64,000 nucleotides of DNA from Myxococcales bacterium. GTDB lineage: Bacteria; Myxococcota_A; Polyangia; Polyangiales; DASUME01. Shown piece by piece: positions 18,238 to 27,776 of this stretch. The notes beneath the pieces are model-generated. The model had not been told where the DNA came from, did not search any database, and saw nothing but the letters and a program-made list of their open reading frames with translations. Every line of letters begins with the position of its first letter. The first letter of the stretch is position 1. The position numbers and the translations under genes were made by a program. The stretch covers positions 5,664,001 to 5,728,000 of the forward strand of contig JASGJH010000001.1 of the NCBI GenBank assembly GCA_047601445.1, written 5' to 3'.

Positions 18238-19367
18238 ATGGCTGCGTGTTTTGAAACCGAATGCGAGGACGTACGACCCGAAGTCGTGCGGACCTTTTCG
18301 CCTGGAACCAGGCTTGGCCCCGATCTCACGATCATCGGAATCCTTGGCGAAGGAGGCACGGCCATCGTCTACAGCGCTCACCATCGAGTGCTCGAACGGG
18401 AAGTGGCCGTCAAGGTCTCCGTGGGGGACGAGTGCGGGCCGCAAAGTCGCCTCGTGCGTGAGGCAAAAATGTGCGCATCCGTTCGCGATGCCCACATTCC
18501 TCGCGTGTACGGGCTCGACTACCTGGAAGACGGCAGCCCCTACATGATCATGGAGAAGGTCGAAGGCGAGATGCTCACCAAGCTCCTCCAGCATCGACGC
18601 CTCGCGGTGCGCGAAGCCTGCGAGTTCGCCTGTGAACTGCTCGAGACCTTGGACGCCATCCACTTTGCGGGGCTGCTCCACCGCGACGTCAAGCCCAGCA
18701 ACCTGATGGTCGATCCCAACCCCGAAGCGCTCGTGCGCCTGCGCCTGCTCGACTTCGGCGTGGGAAGATCCTGCGCACCGAAGAGAGCCAGCTCCCGCAG
18801 CTGACCCGCAAAGGCGAGCTGCTCGGCACGCCCCTCTACATGGCGCCCGAGCAAGTCCTCACCATGCCCGTGGACGAACGCGCCGACATCTACGCAGCCG
18901 GCGTGGTGCTCTACGAGATGCTCGCCGGTCGCACGCCCTTCCACGGTGAAAGCATCGGCGAAGTCTTCGCGGCGGTCCTGCGCGACGAGGTCCCACCCTT
19001 GCGCAGCATTCGCCCCGAACTCCCGGCGTCACTCGAGCACCTGGTGCACCGCGCCATGGCTCGCCAACCCGAGGCGCGCTTCCAGACCGCATACACCATG
19101 CGCGCAGCCCTCTTGAGCGCGATCCAGGAACTCGTCGCGCTGGGGCCCGTGCCCGCCCTCGAAGCCCTCGAGACGCCAAGGGAAGGCGTGTACGAAGCTC
19201 ACCTCGAGACCGTGGAGACCCATTTCGAGGTGCTCACCGCCGAACTCGAGGAGGTCGACCTCGACCTCGAGGCCGAGGAGTGGTTCGCCCTGGAGTACAC
19301 CGAACGCTCGAGCGGTGAGCGCGTCAAGGGCACGCCTGCTCGCGCGCTCGCTGCGCGCTCCAAATGA
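18238..19367 (+). CDS. Cytoplasmic Ser/Thr protein kinase, split by a 1-nt frameshift near 18763-18767
   Basis: First frame has GEGG, VAVK, HRDVKPSN, DFG; second frame continues ILRTEE..LTRKGELLGTPLYMAPEQ, DIYAAG. One added base before ATC at 18768 fuses them. Confidence 0.85.
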
Positions 19368-19385
19368 GCGCTCTGGCGACGGCAA

Positions 19386-19742
19386 GCCTCCGCGCCCATA
19401 CGAAGCCCGTGCGCACACGGGTTCTCCCTTCTGCGCGCGGTCGCCTCCGCGCCCATACGAAGCCCGTGCGCACACGGGTTCTCCCTTCTGCGCGCGGTCG
19501 CCATCGGCTGCGATCCACGGTTGTACGTCATGGGGTCGCTTAGGGCGGTGGGGCCGCGAACTCGCTCCTTGAGTGCACCCGAGTTTCGCTCAGACAGCGC
19601 GGCTCATGGGGCGGCTGACTTGGTGGTACTTCTGTTCTGCGATTTACCCCGGGGGCGTGCCATGCGCGCAGAAGGGAGAACCCGTGTGCGCACAGGCTTC
19701 CCCTGGGTGCTCGGTGTGCTCTAGCTCGGGTGAACTCGAGTG
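19386..19742 (-). repeat. Structured repeat element copy A (direct repeat with 20565-20919)
   Basis: Two 57-bp tandem units; 37-bp inverted arms 19459-19495 and 19664-19700 around a ~168-nt core; CTCGAG-containing flank. Confidence 0.9.
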
Positions 19743-19841
19743 GGCCCTTTGGGTGCACTCGGGTGCTCGGTGTGCTCTAGCTCGGATGCTCTCGAGTGTG
19801 ACCCATCCGAATCGCTCGAGTGTGCTCTGGGTTTCCCGGAT

Positions 19842-20480
19842 TCACTCGAGGGGGCTCGGGGCGCTCGCGTGGGCTTGTTTGAGGTCTTGCTCGAGTTCAC
19901 TCGACCGGTGGGCATTTTCGGTGGAGTCAGGGTCCGTGCTCCTCGGATCGGCGCTGACCGCCATGAAGACGATCGCGAAGAACAGCGAGAAGACCAGGAG
20001 CAACCGCGTCCACCAGATCGCTTCGTTGATGGAGCGAAACTTCGCGACCGCGATGCTGCTCAGTGTGTGGGTATGCTTCGCGTAGTGACCGACGATCTCG
20101 GACTCGCCCAGGCCCTGCAGGTCGCGCATCAATGCTTCTTCGCTCATCAAGGCCGTGTCAGGGAACGACGCGAGCGATTTGGAGGCGAGCGTGGCGCGCG
20201 CGGTCAGGGCGACCAGCGCGAGATGTGCGATCCACACGAAGCTCAAGATGGCGGGCGTGGCGGCGGCCGTGAGCAAGACCTTGTAGGACGTGCCGATCGA
20301 AGTCGTAAGCGCCGCGTTGGCAGCTGCGACGATGACTCCGACCACCGTCGTTGCGAAGGCGAGCACAGCAGCGGCCTTGGTATCTGCAAACTTGATGTAG
20401 TCGCTCGCATAGTCGCGATTGCTTCGAGCAAACTCAATGCGGAGATCAGACAAGGTGTCCTCGCATGCTGGCTTGGCCAT
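19842..20480 (-). CDS. Pycsar effector (PycTM/DUF5706)-like membrane protein, no adjacent cyclase
   Basis: YIKFADTKAAAVLAF followed by two TM helices, SLASF.D, LS.IA.AKFRSINEAI and a third TM helix, the pattern of this family. Confidence 0.7.
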   Translation of the reverse strand: MAKPACEDTLSDLRIEFARSNRDYASDYIKFADTKAAAVLAFATTVVGVIVAAANAALTTSIGTSYKVLLTAAATPAILSFVWIAHLALVALTARATLASKSLASFPDTALMSEEALMRDLQGLGESEIVGHYAKHTHTLSSIAVAKFRSINEAIWWTRLLLVFSLFFAIVFMAVSADPRSTDPDSTENAHRSSELEQDLKQAHASAPSPLE

Positions 20481-20564
20481 GTTCTAGCCCACTTGACGCT
20501 GCGATCCGAGCTTTCGACCGGCGGACCGAGAGTGTTGGCAAAATGCCACTAAAACGCCTCCTCC

Positions 20565-20919
20565 GCCTCCGCGCCCATGCGAAGCCCGTGCGCACACGGG
20601 TTCTCCCCTCTGCGCGCGGTCGCCTCCGCGCCCATGCGAAGCCCGTGCGCACACGGGTTCTCCCCTCTGCGCGCGGTCGCCATCGGCTGCGATCCACGGT
20701 TGTACGTCATGGGGTCGCTTAGGGCGGTGGGGCCGCGAACTCGCTCCTTGAGTGCACCCGAGTTTCGCTCAGACAGCGCGGCTCATGGGGCGGCTGACTT
20801 GGTGGTACTTCTGTTCTGCGATCTACCCGGGGCGTGCCATGCGCGCAGAAGGGAGAACCCGTGTGCGCACGGGCTTCCCCTGGGTGCTCGGGGTGCTCTA
20901 GCTCGGGTGAACTCGAGTG
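20565..20919 (-). repeat. Structured repeat element copy B
   Basis: Near-identical to 19386-19742; inverted arms 20638-20674 and 20841-20877. Confidence 0.9.
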
Positions 20920-21039
20920 AGGGGGTGAGCTCTCAAAGCGCAACCCGTGTGCGCCCACGAGTTCACTCGAGCAGGGGCCCGACTCGAGCACACCAGGCTG
21001 AGTACACGCGTTCCCACATGAGCACGAGAACACACGAGC

Positions 21040-21339
21040 ACGAGGGCTCGCGGCGCGCACTCGGGTAGCCCGCTGGTGAGGGCAAGGGGCTTCCCTCTGC
21101 GCGCATGGCACGCCCCCGGCTGAAGCGCAGAGCAGAAGTACAACGTCCGCAGCGGCCTCATGAGCCGCGCTGTCTGAGCGAAACTCGAGTCCACCCGAGG
21201 AGCGAGTTCGCGGCCCCACTGCCACAAGCGATCTCGTGACGTACAACCGTGGATCGCAGCCCATGGCGACCGCGCGCAGAGGGAAGCCCCTTGCCCTCAC
21301 CGGCGGGCTTTCGGTGTGGGGCGCGCCGCGAGCCCTCGT
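21040..21339 (+). repeat. Structured repeat element copy C (inverted relative to A/B, different terminal stem)
   Basis: Same core (ATGGCACGCCCC...TGTCTGAGCGAAACTC...GGAGCGAGTTCGCGGCCC...GGATC..AGCCCATGGCGACC); arms 21067-21104/21272-21309 plus an outer perfect 19-bp pair 21040-21058/21321-21339. Confidence 0.88.
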
Positions 21340-21346
21340 ACGAGTG

Positions 21347-22957
21347 TTACTTGGGCGCCTTGCCCAGGCGCGTGAGACGGGCTTCGTCGGCCAGGTACTG
21401 CTCGTAGTTCATGTTGAGGTCGTAGTACTTCTCGCCCGCGAGCTCGATCACGCGGGTAACCAGCGAGTCGACGAACTGCACGTCGTGGGAGCTCACCATC
21501 ATGCTGCCGGTGAACTTGAGCAGGCCGTTGTTGAGCGAGGTGATCGACTCGAGGTCGAGGTGGTTGGTGGGGCCGTCGAGCAAGAGCACGTTGGGGTCTT
21601 GCAACATCATGCGGGAGACCATGCAGCGCACCTTCTCACCGCCCGAGAGTACGTTCGCGCTCTTCTTGCTTTCCTCGCCCGTGAACAACATGCGGCCCAG
21701 GAACCCGCGCACGAAGGTTTCTTCTTGGTTGGGGCTGTACTGCCGCATCCAGTCGATGAGGTTCGAGCTGGTCTTGAAGAATTCGTTGTAGTCCTTGGGG
21801 AAGTAGCCGAGGTTCACGGAACGGCCCCAGCGCAGCTCGCCCTCATCGGGCTTCACCTCGCCCGCCAGCACCTGGAGCAGCGTGGTGGTAGCGAGGTCAC
21901 TGCCGGCCACCGCCACACGCTCTCCCTTGGAGAGGGAGAAGCGCATGTTCTTGAACAGCGTGACGCCGTCGATGGACTTGCTGATGCCGTCGACGAACAG
22001 CACTTCCTTGCCCAGCTCACGCTGCGTATCGAACACGATGTACGGATACTTGCGCGACGAAGGCTTGATGTCGTCGAGCGTGATCTTGTCGAGCAGAGCC
22101 TTGCGCGAGGTGGCCTGCTTGCTCTTGGAGGCGTTGGCGCTGAAGCGCTGGATGAAGGTCTTGAGCTCCTTCATCTTGTCTTCCTTGCGCTTGTTGGATT
22201 CCTGGCGCTGCCGCAATGCAAGCTGACTGGTTTCGTACCAGAAGCCGTAGTTGCCGGTGAACAGCGTGACCTTCTGGAAGTCCACATCGGCGATGTGCGT
22301 GCAGACCTTGTCCAGGAAGTGGCGGTCGTGAGAGACCACGATCACGGTGTTCTTGAACTCGAGCAGGAAGTTCTCGAGCCACAGGATGGAGTCGACGTCC
22401 AAGTGGTTGGTAGGCTCGTCGAGCAGGAGGATGTCGGGCTCTCCGAACAGCGCCTGCGCCAGTAGCACGCGCACCTTCTCGCTGTCCTCGAGGTCCTTCA
22501 TCAGGCGCTTGTGCTTGTCCTCGTGGATGCCAAGGCCGCTCAGCAGGCTCGCCGCGTTGGACTCCGCGTTCCAACCGTCGAGCTCGCCGAACTCCCCCTC
22601 GAGCTCCGCAGCGCGCGCGCCGTCCTCGTCGCTGAAGTCGGCCTTGGCGTAGAGCGCGTCCTTTTCGGCCATCACCTTGTGCAGCTGGGAGTGGCCCATG
22701 ATCACGGTGGTGAGCGCGTCCGCCTCGTCGTACGCGAAGTGGTCCTGCTTGAGCACGCTCAGGCGCATGTTCTTGGGGATGACCACCCTTCCCTGGGAGG
22801 GATCTTGGTCGCCCGACAGGCACTTGAGGAACGTGGACTTGCCCGCTCCGTTGGCCCCGATCAACCCGTAGCAGTTGCCGGGGGTGAACTTGATGTCGAC
22901 GTTCTCGAACAGCGCACGGCTGCCGAACGACAGCGACAAACCTTCTGTGGAAATCAT
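21347..22957 (-). CDS. ABC-F family ATPase (YbiT/YkpA-like ribosome-associated factor)
   Basis: Two NBDs and no TM; GANGAGKST, LDEPTNHLD, SHDRHFLD, linker FIQRFSANASKSKQATSRK, LSGGEK. Confidence 0.92.
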   Translation of the reverse strand: MISTEGLSLSFGSRALFENVDIKFTPGNCYGLIGANGAGKSTFLKCLSGDQDPSQGRVVIPKNMRLSVLKQDHFAYDEADALTTVIMGHSQLHKVMAEKDALYAKADFSDEDGARAAELEGEFGELDGWNAESNAASLLSGLGIHEDKHKRLMKDLEDSEKVRVLLAQALFGEPDILLLDEPTNHLDVDSILWLENFLLEFKNTVIVVSHDRHFLDKVCTHIADVDFQKVTLFTGNYGFWYETSQLALRQRQESNKRKEDKMKELKTFIQRFSANASKSKQATSRKALLDKITLDDIKPSSRKYPYIVFDTQRELGKEVLFVDGISKSIDGVTLFKNMRFSLSKGERVAVAGSDLATTTLLQVLAGEVKPDEGELRWGRSVNLGYFPKDYNEFFKTSSNLIDWMRQYSPNQEETFVRGFLGRMLFTGEESKKSANVLSGGEKVRCMVSRMMLQDPNVLLLDGPTNHLDLESITSLNNGLLKFTGSMMVSSHDVQFVDSLVTRVIELAGEKYYDLNMNYEQYLADEARLTRLGKAPK

Positions 22958-23200
22958 GGCTTCGATGGCTCCAGGCGTGCCTCCCGTACTGGCTCTCGTG
23001 CATCAAGGCAAACCGAACTTGAGCCTCCCGTGCTTTCTCGCGCGCTGACGGGCCTTTTTCGGCGCGCTCGCGCGGGCACTTTCGCGCGCTGGGATGCGCT
23101 CCGTGCCCTGAATGGGCTGAGTTTCTAGCGTCCCGAGACTCGTGGCTACCTCGGTGATCCTGGGTGCCCCAAGGGCCCCGCAAAACGCAGGGGGAACGCC

Positions 23201-24085
23201 ATGGCTCGTACGATCGCTGCCTCGCAGCACCCGTCGCATCGCCCAGTGCGTGCGGCCACCACCACACTCTCGCTGCTCACGCTATTCGGCGCCGGCTGCG
23301 CCAAGAATACGCCCCAGCATCAACAGCCCATCACCGAGAACCTGGCGCCCGCCGTGGCCAGCCCCGCTACCGAAGCCATCTCGATGCCGGACCGCGACTC
23401 CACCGGGTACTACTCCAACGTGGCCGACGCCAAGGAGATGGGGGTGACGGCCCCAATGGAAGAGCCGGGGACGCCGGAATACGACGAGAACGAGGCTGCA
23501 CAGCCCAAGCCCCGCGTGATCGTCCACGAGTTCGTGCCGAAGGTCACCCGCGTGATGGTGCCCACCATCACCACCATGCCTGCAACGGTCACGGAGACGC
23601 CCGTGGCGGCGACGGGGCTCACCGATGGCCAAATCGTGCGCGTCGCACAGACCATGCAAGACGCGGAACTCGCCCAGGCCAGCATCGTGGCCGAACGCGC
23701 GCAGAGCGACCGCGTGAAGAAGTTCGCGGCCCAGCTGCAGTCCGAGAACAAGAACTTGAAGGATCGGACCCAGGCGCTGGCCAAGAGCGACAAGCTGACG
23801 CCCGTCGAGAGCACGCTCTCGGCCGACATGCGTGTCAAGGCCAGCCAGGAGCTCACCAGCGTGGAGCTGGCCAAGCCCGAAGAATTCGACAGGGCCTTCA
23901 TCGACGCGCAGGTGGAGCAGAACCAGCAGCTGTTGGAACTCCTGGACAACCGCCTGATCCCGGACGCCAGTGAACCGAAGCTGAAGGCCACACTGAGCAA
24001 GTCGCGCTCGGTGCTCGAGCGTCAGGGGGAAGAGGCCAAGGAGATCCAGCGCGTGATGCAGAACGCGCCCGAGAGTACCCCCTGA
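23201..24085 (+). CDS. DUF4142 domain lipoprotein
   Basis: Lipobox GAGC; LTDGQI...E...A..A...VKKFA..L, FDRAFIDAQV..L.L.LDNRLIP.A. Confidence 0.75.
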   Translation: MARTIAASQHPSHRPVRAATTTLSLLTLFGAGCAKNTPQHQQPITENLAPAVASPATEAISMPDRDSTGYYSNVADAKEMGVTAPMEEPGTPEYDENEAAQPKPRVIVHEFVPKVTRVMVPTITTMPATVTETPVAATGLTDGQIVRVAQTMQDAELAQASIVAERAQSDRVKKFAAQLQSENKNLKDRTQALAKSDKLTPVESTLSADMRVKASQELTSVELAKPEEFDRAFIDAQVEQNQQLLELLDNRLIPDASEPKLKATLSKSRSVLERQGEEAKEIQRVMQNAPESTP

Positions 24086-24144
24086 GGCGGCGCACCTGAC
24101 CACGCCCCGATCACGGTAGATCGCAACAAGGAGCGACCGAACGC

Positions 24145-25425
24145 ATGGACTTCTCCGGCGCTGCCCACAGTTCGCTGACGCCGCTCGCGATCATTCTCGC
24201 CCTGATGCTACTGCTGCCGAGGTTGTTCGAGTACCTGAAGTTGCCGGGCATGCTCGGACTGATCGCGGGAGGCGTGCTGCTCGGCCCCCATGGCTCCGGT
24301 TTGCTCGGCGCGGAACATCCCTCGATCGACGTCTTGTCCGAGATCGGCAAGCTCATGATCATGTTCTTCGCCGGTCTCGAGATCGATCTGGCGAAGTTCC
24401 GAGAGGTCAAGTACCGCTCGCTTGCGTTTGGCCTTACGACATTTGCGGTTCCACTGGTGCTCGGCGTGATCATCGGGCGCTACTTCCACTACGGCTGGCC
24501 GGCTAGCTTCTTGATCGGCTCGCTGATGAGCTCGCACACGTTGCTGGCCCTGCCGCTGCTCCAACAGATGGGCCTGATGCGCAACAGCGCCGTGACCATC
24601 ACGGTGGGCGCCACCGTGTTCACGGACGTGCTCTCGCTGGTGGTGCTGGCGATGTGCCTGTCCATCCACACCCAGGGCTTTTCCCCCAGCGTTCTCACGC
24701 GCGACTTGGTCGAGCTCGCCATCTACATTCCGTTGCTGGTGGCGGGCGTGGGGCGTGCGATGCGCTGGGTCCTGCACCGGCTCGGTGACTCCGAACTGAC
24801 CCGCTCCTACGTGTTGCTGCTGACGTTGATCCTGGCCGCGCTGGGAGCGGAGTTGATCGACCTCGAAGGGCTGGTCGGCGCGTTCTTGGCGGGCTTGTCC
24901 GTGAACGCGGCCATGCAGGGGCGCTCGGTGCACACGCACCTGGAGTCGGTGGGGCACCTGCTGTTCATCCCGGCCTTCTTTCTCACCACGGGCCTGTTGA
25001 TCGACTTCGGAGCCTTCGGTCGCGTGCTGAGCGAGAGTCCGTTGCTGGTGGTCGGCATCGTGGCGGGCTTGGTGTTCTCCAAGTGGCTCGCCGCCGAGAT
25101 CGCGGGCCGCGCGATGCGCTTCGACGGCTCGACGGTTCGACTGATGTGGTCCCTCACTTTGCCCCAGGTCGCAGCCACGCTTGCTGCCACCATCGCCGGC
25201 TATCAGGCGCTCGATGCCAGGGGTGAGCGCTTGTTGGACGCGTCGGTCCTCAACAGCGTGCTGGTCCTGATGGCCGTGACCGCGGGGCTTGGCCCCGTCC
25301 TGACGGCTCGCTTCGGCCGGGAGGTCCTCGCCAACGGAGGGGGCGTCGCACCGAGCCCGGTGGGCGCGCCGGCGCTGCCGGAGCCGTCGAGCGCGCCGGG
25401 AGGCTTGCGCCCGCTGCCACGGTGA
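24145..25425 (+). CDS. Cation:proton antiporter (CPA2 family)
   Basis: Many TM helices; G.LLGP.G, FFAGLEID, SSHTLLA.P, GAFLAGL, PQVAATLAA. Confidence 0.88.
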   Translation: MDFSGAAHSSLTPLAIILALMLLLPRLFEYLKLPGMLGLIAGGVLLGPHGSGLLGAEHPSIDVLSEIGKLMIMFFAGLEIDLAKFREVKYRSLAFGLTTFAVPLVLGVIIGRYFHYGWPASFLIGSLMSSHTLLALPLLQQMGLMRNSAVTITVGATVFTDVLSLVVLAMCLSIHTQGFSPSVLTRDLVELAIYIPLLVAGVGRAMRWVLHRLGDSELTRSYVLLLTLILAALGAELIDLEGLVGAFLAGLSVNAAMQGRSVHTHLESVGHLLFIPAFFLTTGLLIDFGAFGRVLSESPLLVVGIVAGLVFSKWLAAEIAGRAMRFDGSTVRLMWSLTLPQVAATLAATIAGYQALDARGERLLDASVLNSVLVLMAVTAGLGPVLTARFGREVLANGGGVAPSPVGAPALPEPSSAPGGLRPLPR

Positions 25426-25531
25426 CGCTTGTAACGGGCCGTTAACAGGTTCCGACAGGGGCTGGGTTAGCTGCGCGCAGGCGCACACCTGGCTCCTGCT
25501 TACCCAAGGCCTTCGGCACCGCGAGGAATCC

Positions 25532-26041
25532 ATGTCTCTCCATCTCGTTACCGCGCCCCAGTTCTCGAACATGCTCGGCAACCTCGACCGCTGGCTCGAC
25601 AAAGCCGTCGAGTACGCGGCCTCGCGCTCCTTCGACGCAAACGTGCTCCTCCAGGCACGCCTGGCTCCGGACCAGTTTCCGCTGCTGAGGCAAATTCAGG
25701 TCGCCTGCGACACCGCCAAGATCTCCGCTTCCCTGGCCACGGGAAAGACGCCGCCCAAGCACCCTGACACCGAGCAGACCGTCGCCGAGCTCAAGGCCCG
25801 CATCGCGTCGGTGCGCGCTTACCTCGACGAGTTCACGGCCGCCGACTTCGAGGGCGCCGAAGGACGCGTGCTGAGCCCGCCTGCGCTCCAAGGCCGCTCC
25901 GCCAAGGCCGTAGACTACGTGGCTGCCTTCTCGCTGCCCAACTTCTACTTCCACGTATCCATGGCCTACGCGATCCTGCGCCACAACGGCGTGCCGCTCG
26001 GCAAGAAGGACTACATCGGCCGCGTGAAGTTGATCGACTAA
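25532..26041 (+). CDS. DUF1993 family protein
   Basis: ARLAPDQFPL..QIQ.ACD.AK and PNFYFH.SMAYAILRHNGV.LGK.DYIG. Confidence 0.9.
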   Translation: MSLHLVTAPQFSNMLGNLDRWLDKAVEYAASRSFDANVLLQARLAPDQFPLLRQIQVACDTAKISASLATGKTPPKHPDTEQTVAELKARIASVRAYLDEFTAADFEGAEGRVLSPPALQGRSAKAVDYVAAFSLPNFYFHVSMAYAILRHNGVPLGKKDYIGRVKLID

Positions 26042-26123
26042 CTCTCTCCCTGGCTCGCGTGCGCCCGAAGGAGCCCTAGCGGGAGCAATCTCGACTAAAG
26101 TTTCTTTCGCGGGTGCAGGCTCC

Positions 26124-26648
26124 CTAGGAGCCATCCGAAGCGCTTCCCATTTGCTCTGCGAGCCACCTCAGCTCTTCCACCATCTCAGGGTGGTCAGCGA
26201 TGACGCGTTCATTTTCGTGGCGATGGTTCAAGCCATAGCGCTCGTGAAGCTCGGTATCCTTGATGCCAATGAGCGCCTCGGCGACTCGGGGAACTGCGTC
26301 CCGCCGGAGCTCTCTTAGCGCCGAAACCAAGGCCGCAGCGGCCGTACTGGTCTCGGAAACGACCATTTCTTCGAATGCCTCTAGAGAACCGTCGGCGGCG
26401 GGTGCGATGAGGACATCGTAGACATCATCAGCGCTGCACGCGATGACCTGCGGATCGCCTTCAAGTGCAACCTTCGCCTTGGCCAGTAGCTCGTGAAGAA
26501 ATGCTGCAGGTTCTCCGCCAACCGCTCGTGTGTAGATCGAGCAAACGCGTTCTGCACAACGAAGTGCAAACCCAAGCACGGCGGGCAGGGGTGCGCGCTT
26601 CGCCCACGCATCAATTACCCTAAGTTGCTCTAGCGGTTGCACGAACAA
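26124..26648 (-). CDS. Hypothetical helical protein, DUF416/immunity-like
   Basis: FALRCAERV..IY N-terminal motif and HPEMVEEL.W C-terminus; visibly more AT-rich than its neighbours. Confidence 0.5.
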   Translation of the reverse strand: MFVQPLEQLRVIDAWAKRAPLPAVLGFALRCAERVCSIYTRAVGGEPAAFLHELLAKAKVALEGDPQVIACSADDVYDVLIAPAADGSLEAFEEMVVSETSTAAAALVSALRELRRDAVPRVAEALIGIKDTELHERYGLNHRHENERVIADHPEMVEELRWLAEQMGSASDGS

Positions 26649-26704
26649 TCTCCGATCTACGGCGTTCTCGCGCGGCGCCGGGGCGCTCGAATGGGCTCGG
26701 GCAG

Positions 26705-27286
26705 TCAGGGGCTCTGGAGGGTTAGTGTGTCTGCGTCGAGTGCGTCATCCGTGAACGAGGCGCTCGCGTACTCGGTCGTGAGGCTCGAGAGGTAGGCCTG
26801 ATTCTTTTCGTTTTCTCCGTAGGCGAGGCGGATCTCGTCGTACGAGGAGACGCGACCTTTCACCTTCACATCGACGAGCACGACACGGTCTGCGTCCACG
26901 TCGCGCAACGAGAGCGTGCCCAGGACGGCCATTTCGTATTCGGTGGCGCACGCTGAGGCGCCCTTGAAGAAGGTACGGGTGCCACAGGCGGAGGCGCGGT
27001 TGCCCGTCCAGCCGCGCATCCAGCTCGCGCGCGCGTCCTGCTCTTCCGTCGCGGCCTCCAGCATCAGGCTCACCTCGTAATGGTGGCGATCGTTCGTCAC
27101 GAACGACCAGGTACCCCGCTCGTTCACCTCGGCGATCTTCGACAGCAGCTCCATCTCGACCTTGCGCGTGTCCACGTCGTTGTCTTCGCTCGTGGCCTCG
27201 CAGCCAGTGAGGTAGCCGGGATTCACGACGAACATCACGGAGAACACCGTGACGCGAAACAGCCACTTCAAGGATTGCTGGAGCAT
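26705..27286 (-). CDS. Hypothetical exported protein/lipoprotein
   Basis: Hydrophobic N-terminus ending VNPGYLTGC; ACG.RTF...A.AC motif; GC3-rich codons. Confidence 0.65.
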   Translation of the reverse strand: MLQQSLKWLFRVTVFSVMFVVNPGYLTGCEATSEDNDVDTRKVEMELLSKIAEVNERGTWSFVTNDRHHYEVSLMLEAATEEQDARASWMRGWTGNRASACGTRTFFKGASACATEYEMAVLGTLSLRDVDADRVVLVDVKVKGRVSSYDEIRLAYGENEKNQAYLSSLTTEYASASFTDDALDADTLTLQSP

Positions 27287-27497
27287 GACTTCTCGCAGGT
27301 AAGGGGAGACCCGGATTGTACACGGAGCGCCCTTTCAACGAGGGAACGAAAAGATCCCCGCCCAGGGTGATCCCCGCAAGCCTCACACCACCCGAGGGCA
27401 CGAGATTCCCGGGCAAAAGCGAAGCGAACACGAGGGCTACTCCGGGTCCGCCAAGAAACCACTCGAGAAACCTCGAGCAAACACCGAGCGAACACAT

Positions 27498-27776
27498 GGC
27501 TCTCGTGAATTCCCACGTGTGAACCCCAGCGGGAGCAAGAACTCCCCTTCAGCGCGCATGGCACGCCCCGCGTAAAGCAAAGAACGGACGTGCGACCAAG
27601 TCAGCCCCCATGAGCCGCGTTGTCTGAGCGAAACTCAAGTGCGCTCAAGGAGCGAGTTCGCGGCCCACCGGGACAAGCGATCGATCGACGTACGACGGTG
27701 GATCAAAGCCCATGGCGACCGCGCGCTGAAGGGGAGTTCTTGCTCCCGCTGGAGCTCCTTCGAGTACACGAGGGCC
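27498..27776 (+). repeat. Structured repeat element copy D (third terminal-stem variant)
   Basis: Perfect 32-bp arms 27526-27557/27721-27752 around the shared core; outer 10-bp pair 27498-27507/27767-27776. Confidence 0.88.

Noticed and set aside
21160..21215. Hammerhead ribozyme in the element core (CTGAGCGAAAC)
   Set aside because: It does not fit CUGANGA-stem II-GAAA spacing, and no matching cleavage-site stems were found
19029..21300. Short ORFs spanning the repeat copies
   Set aside because: They are translations of non-coding repeats; reading frames are not conserved between copies
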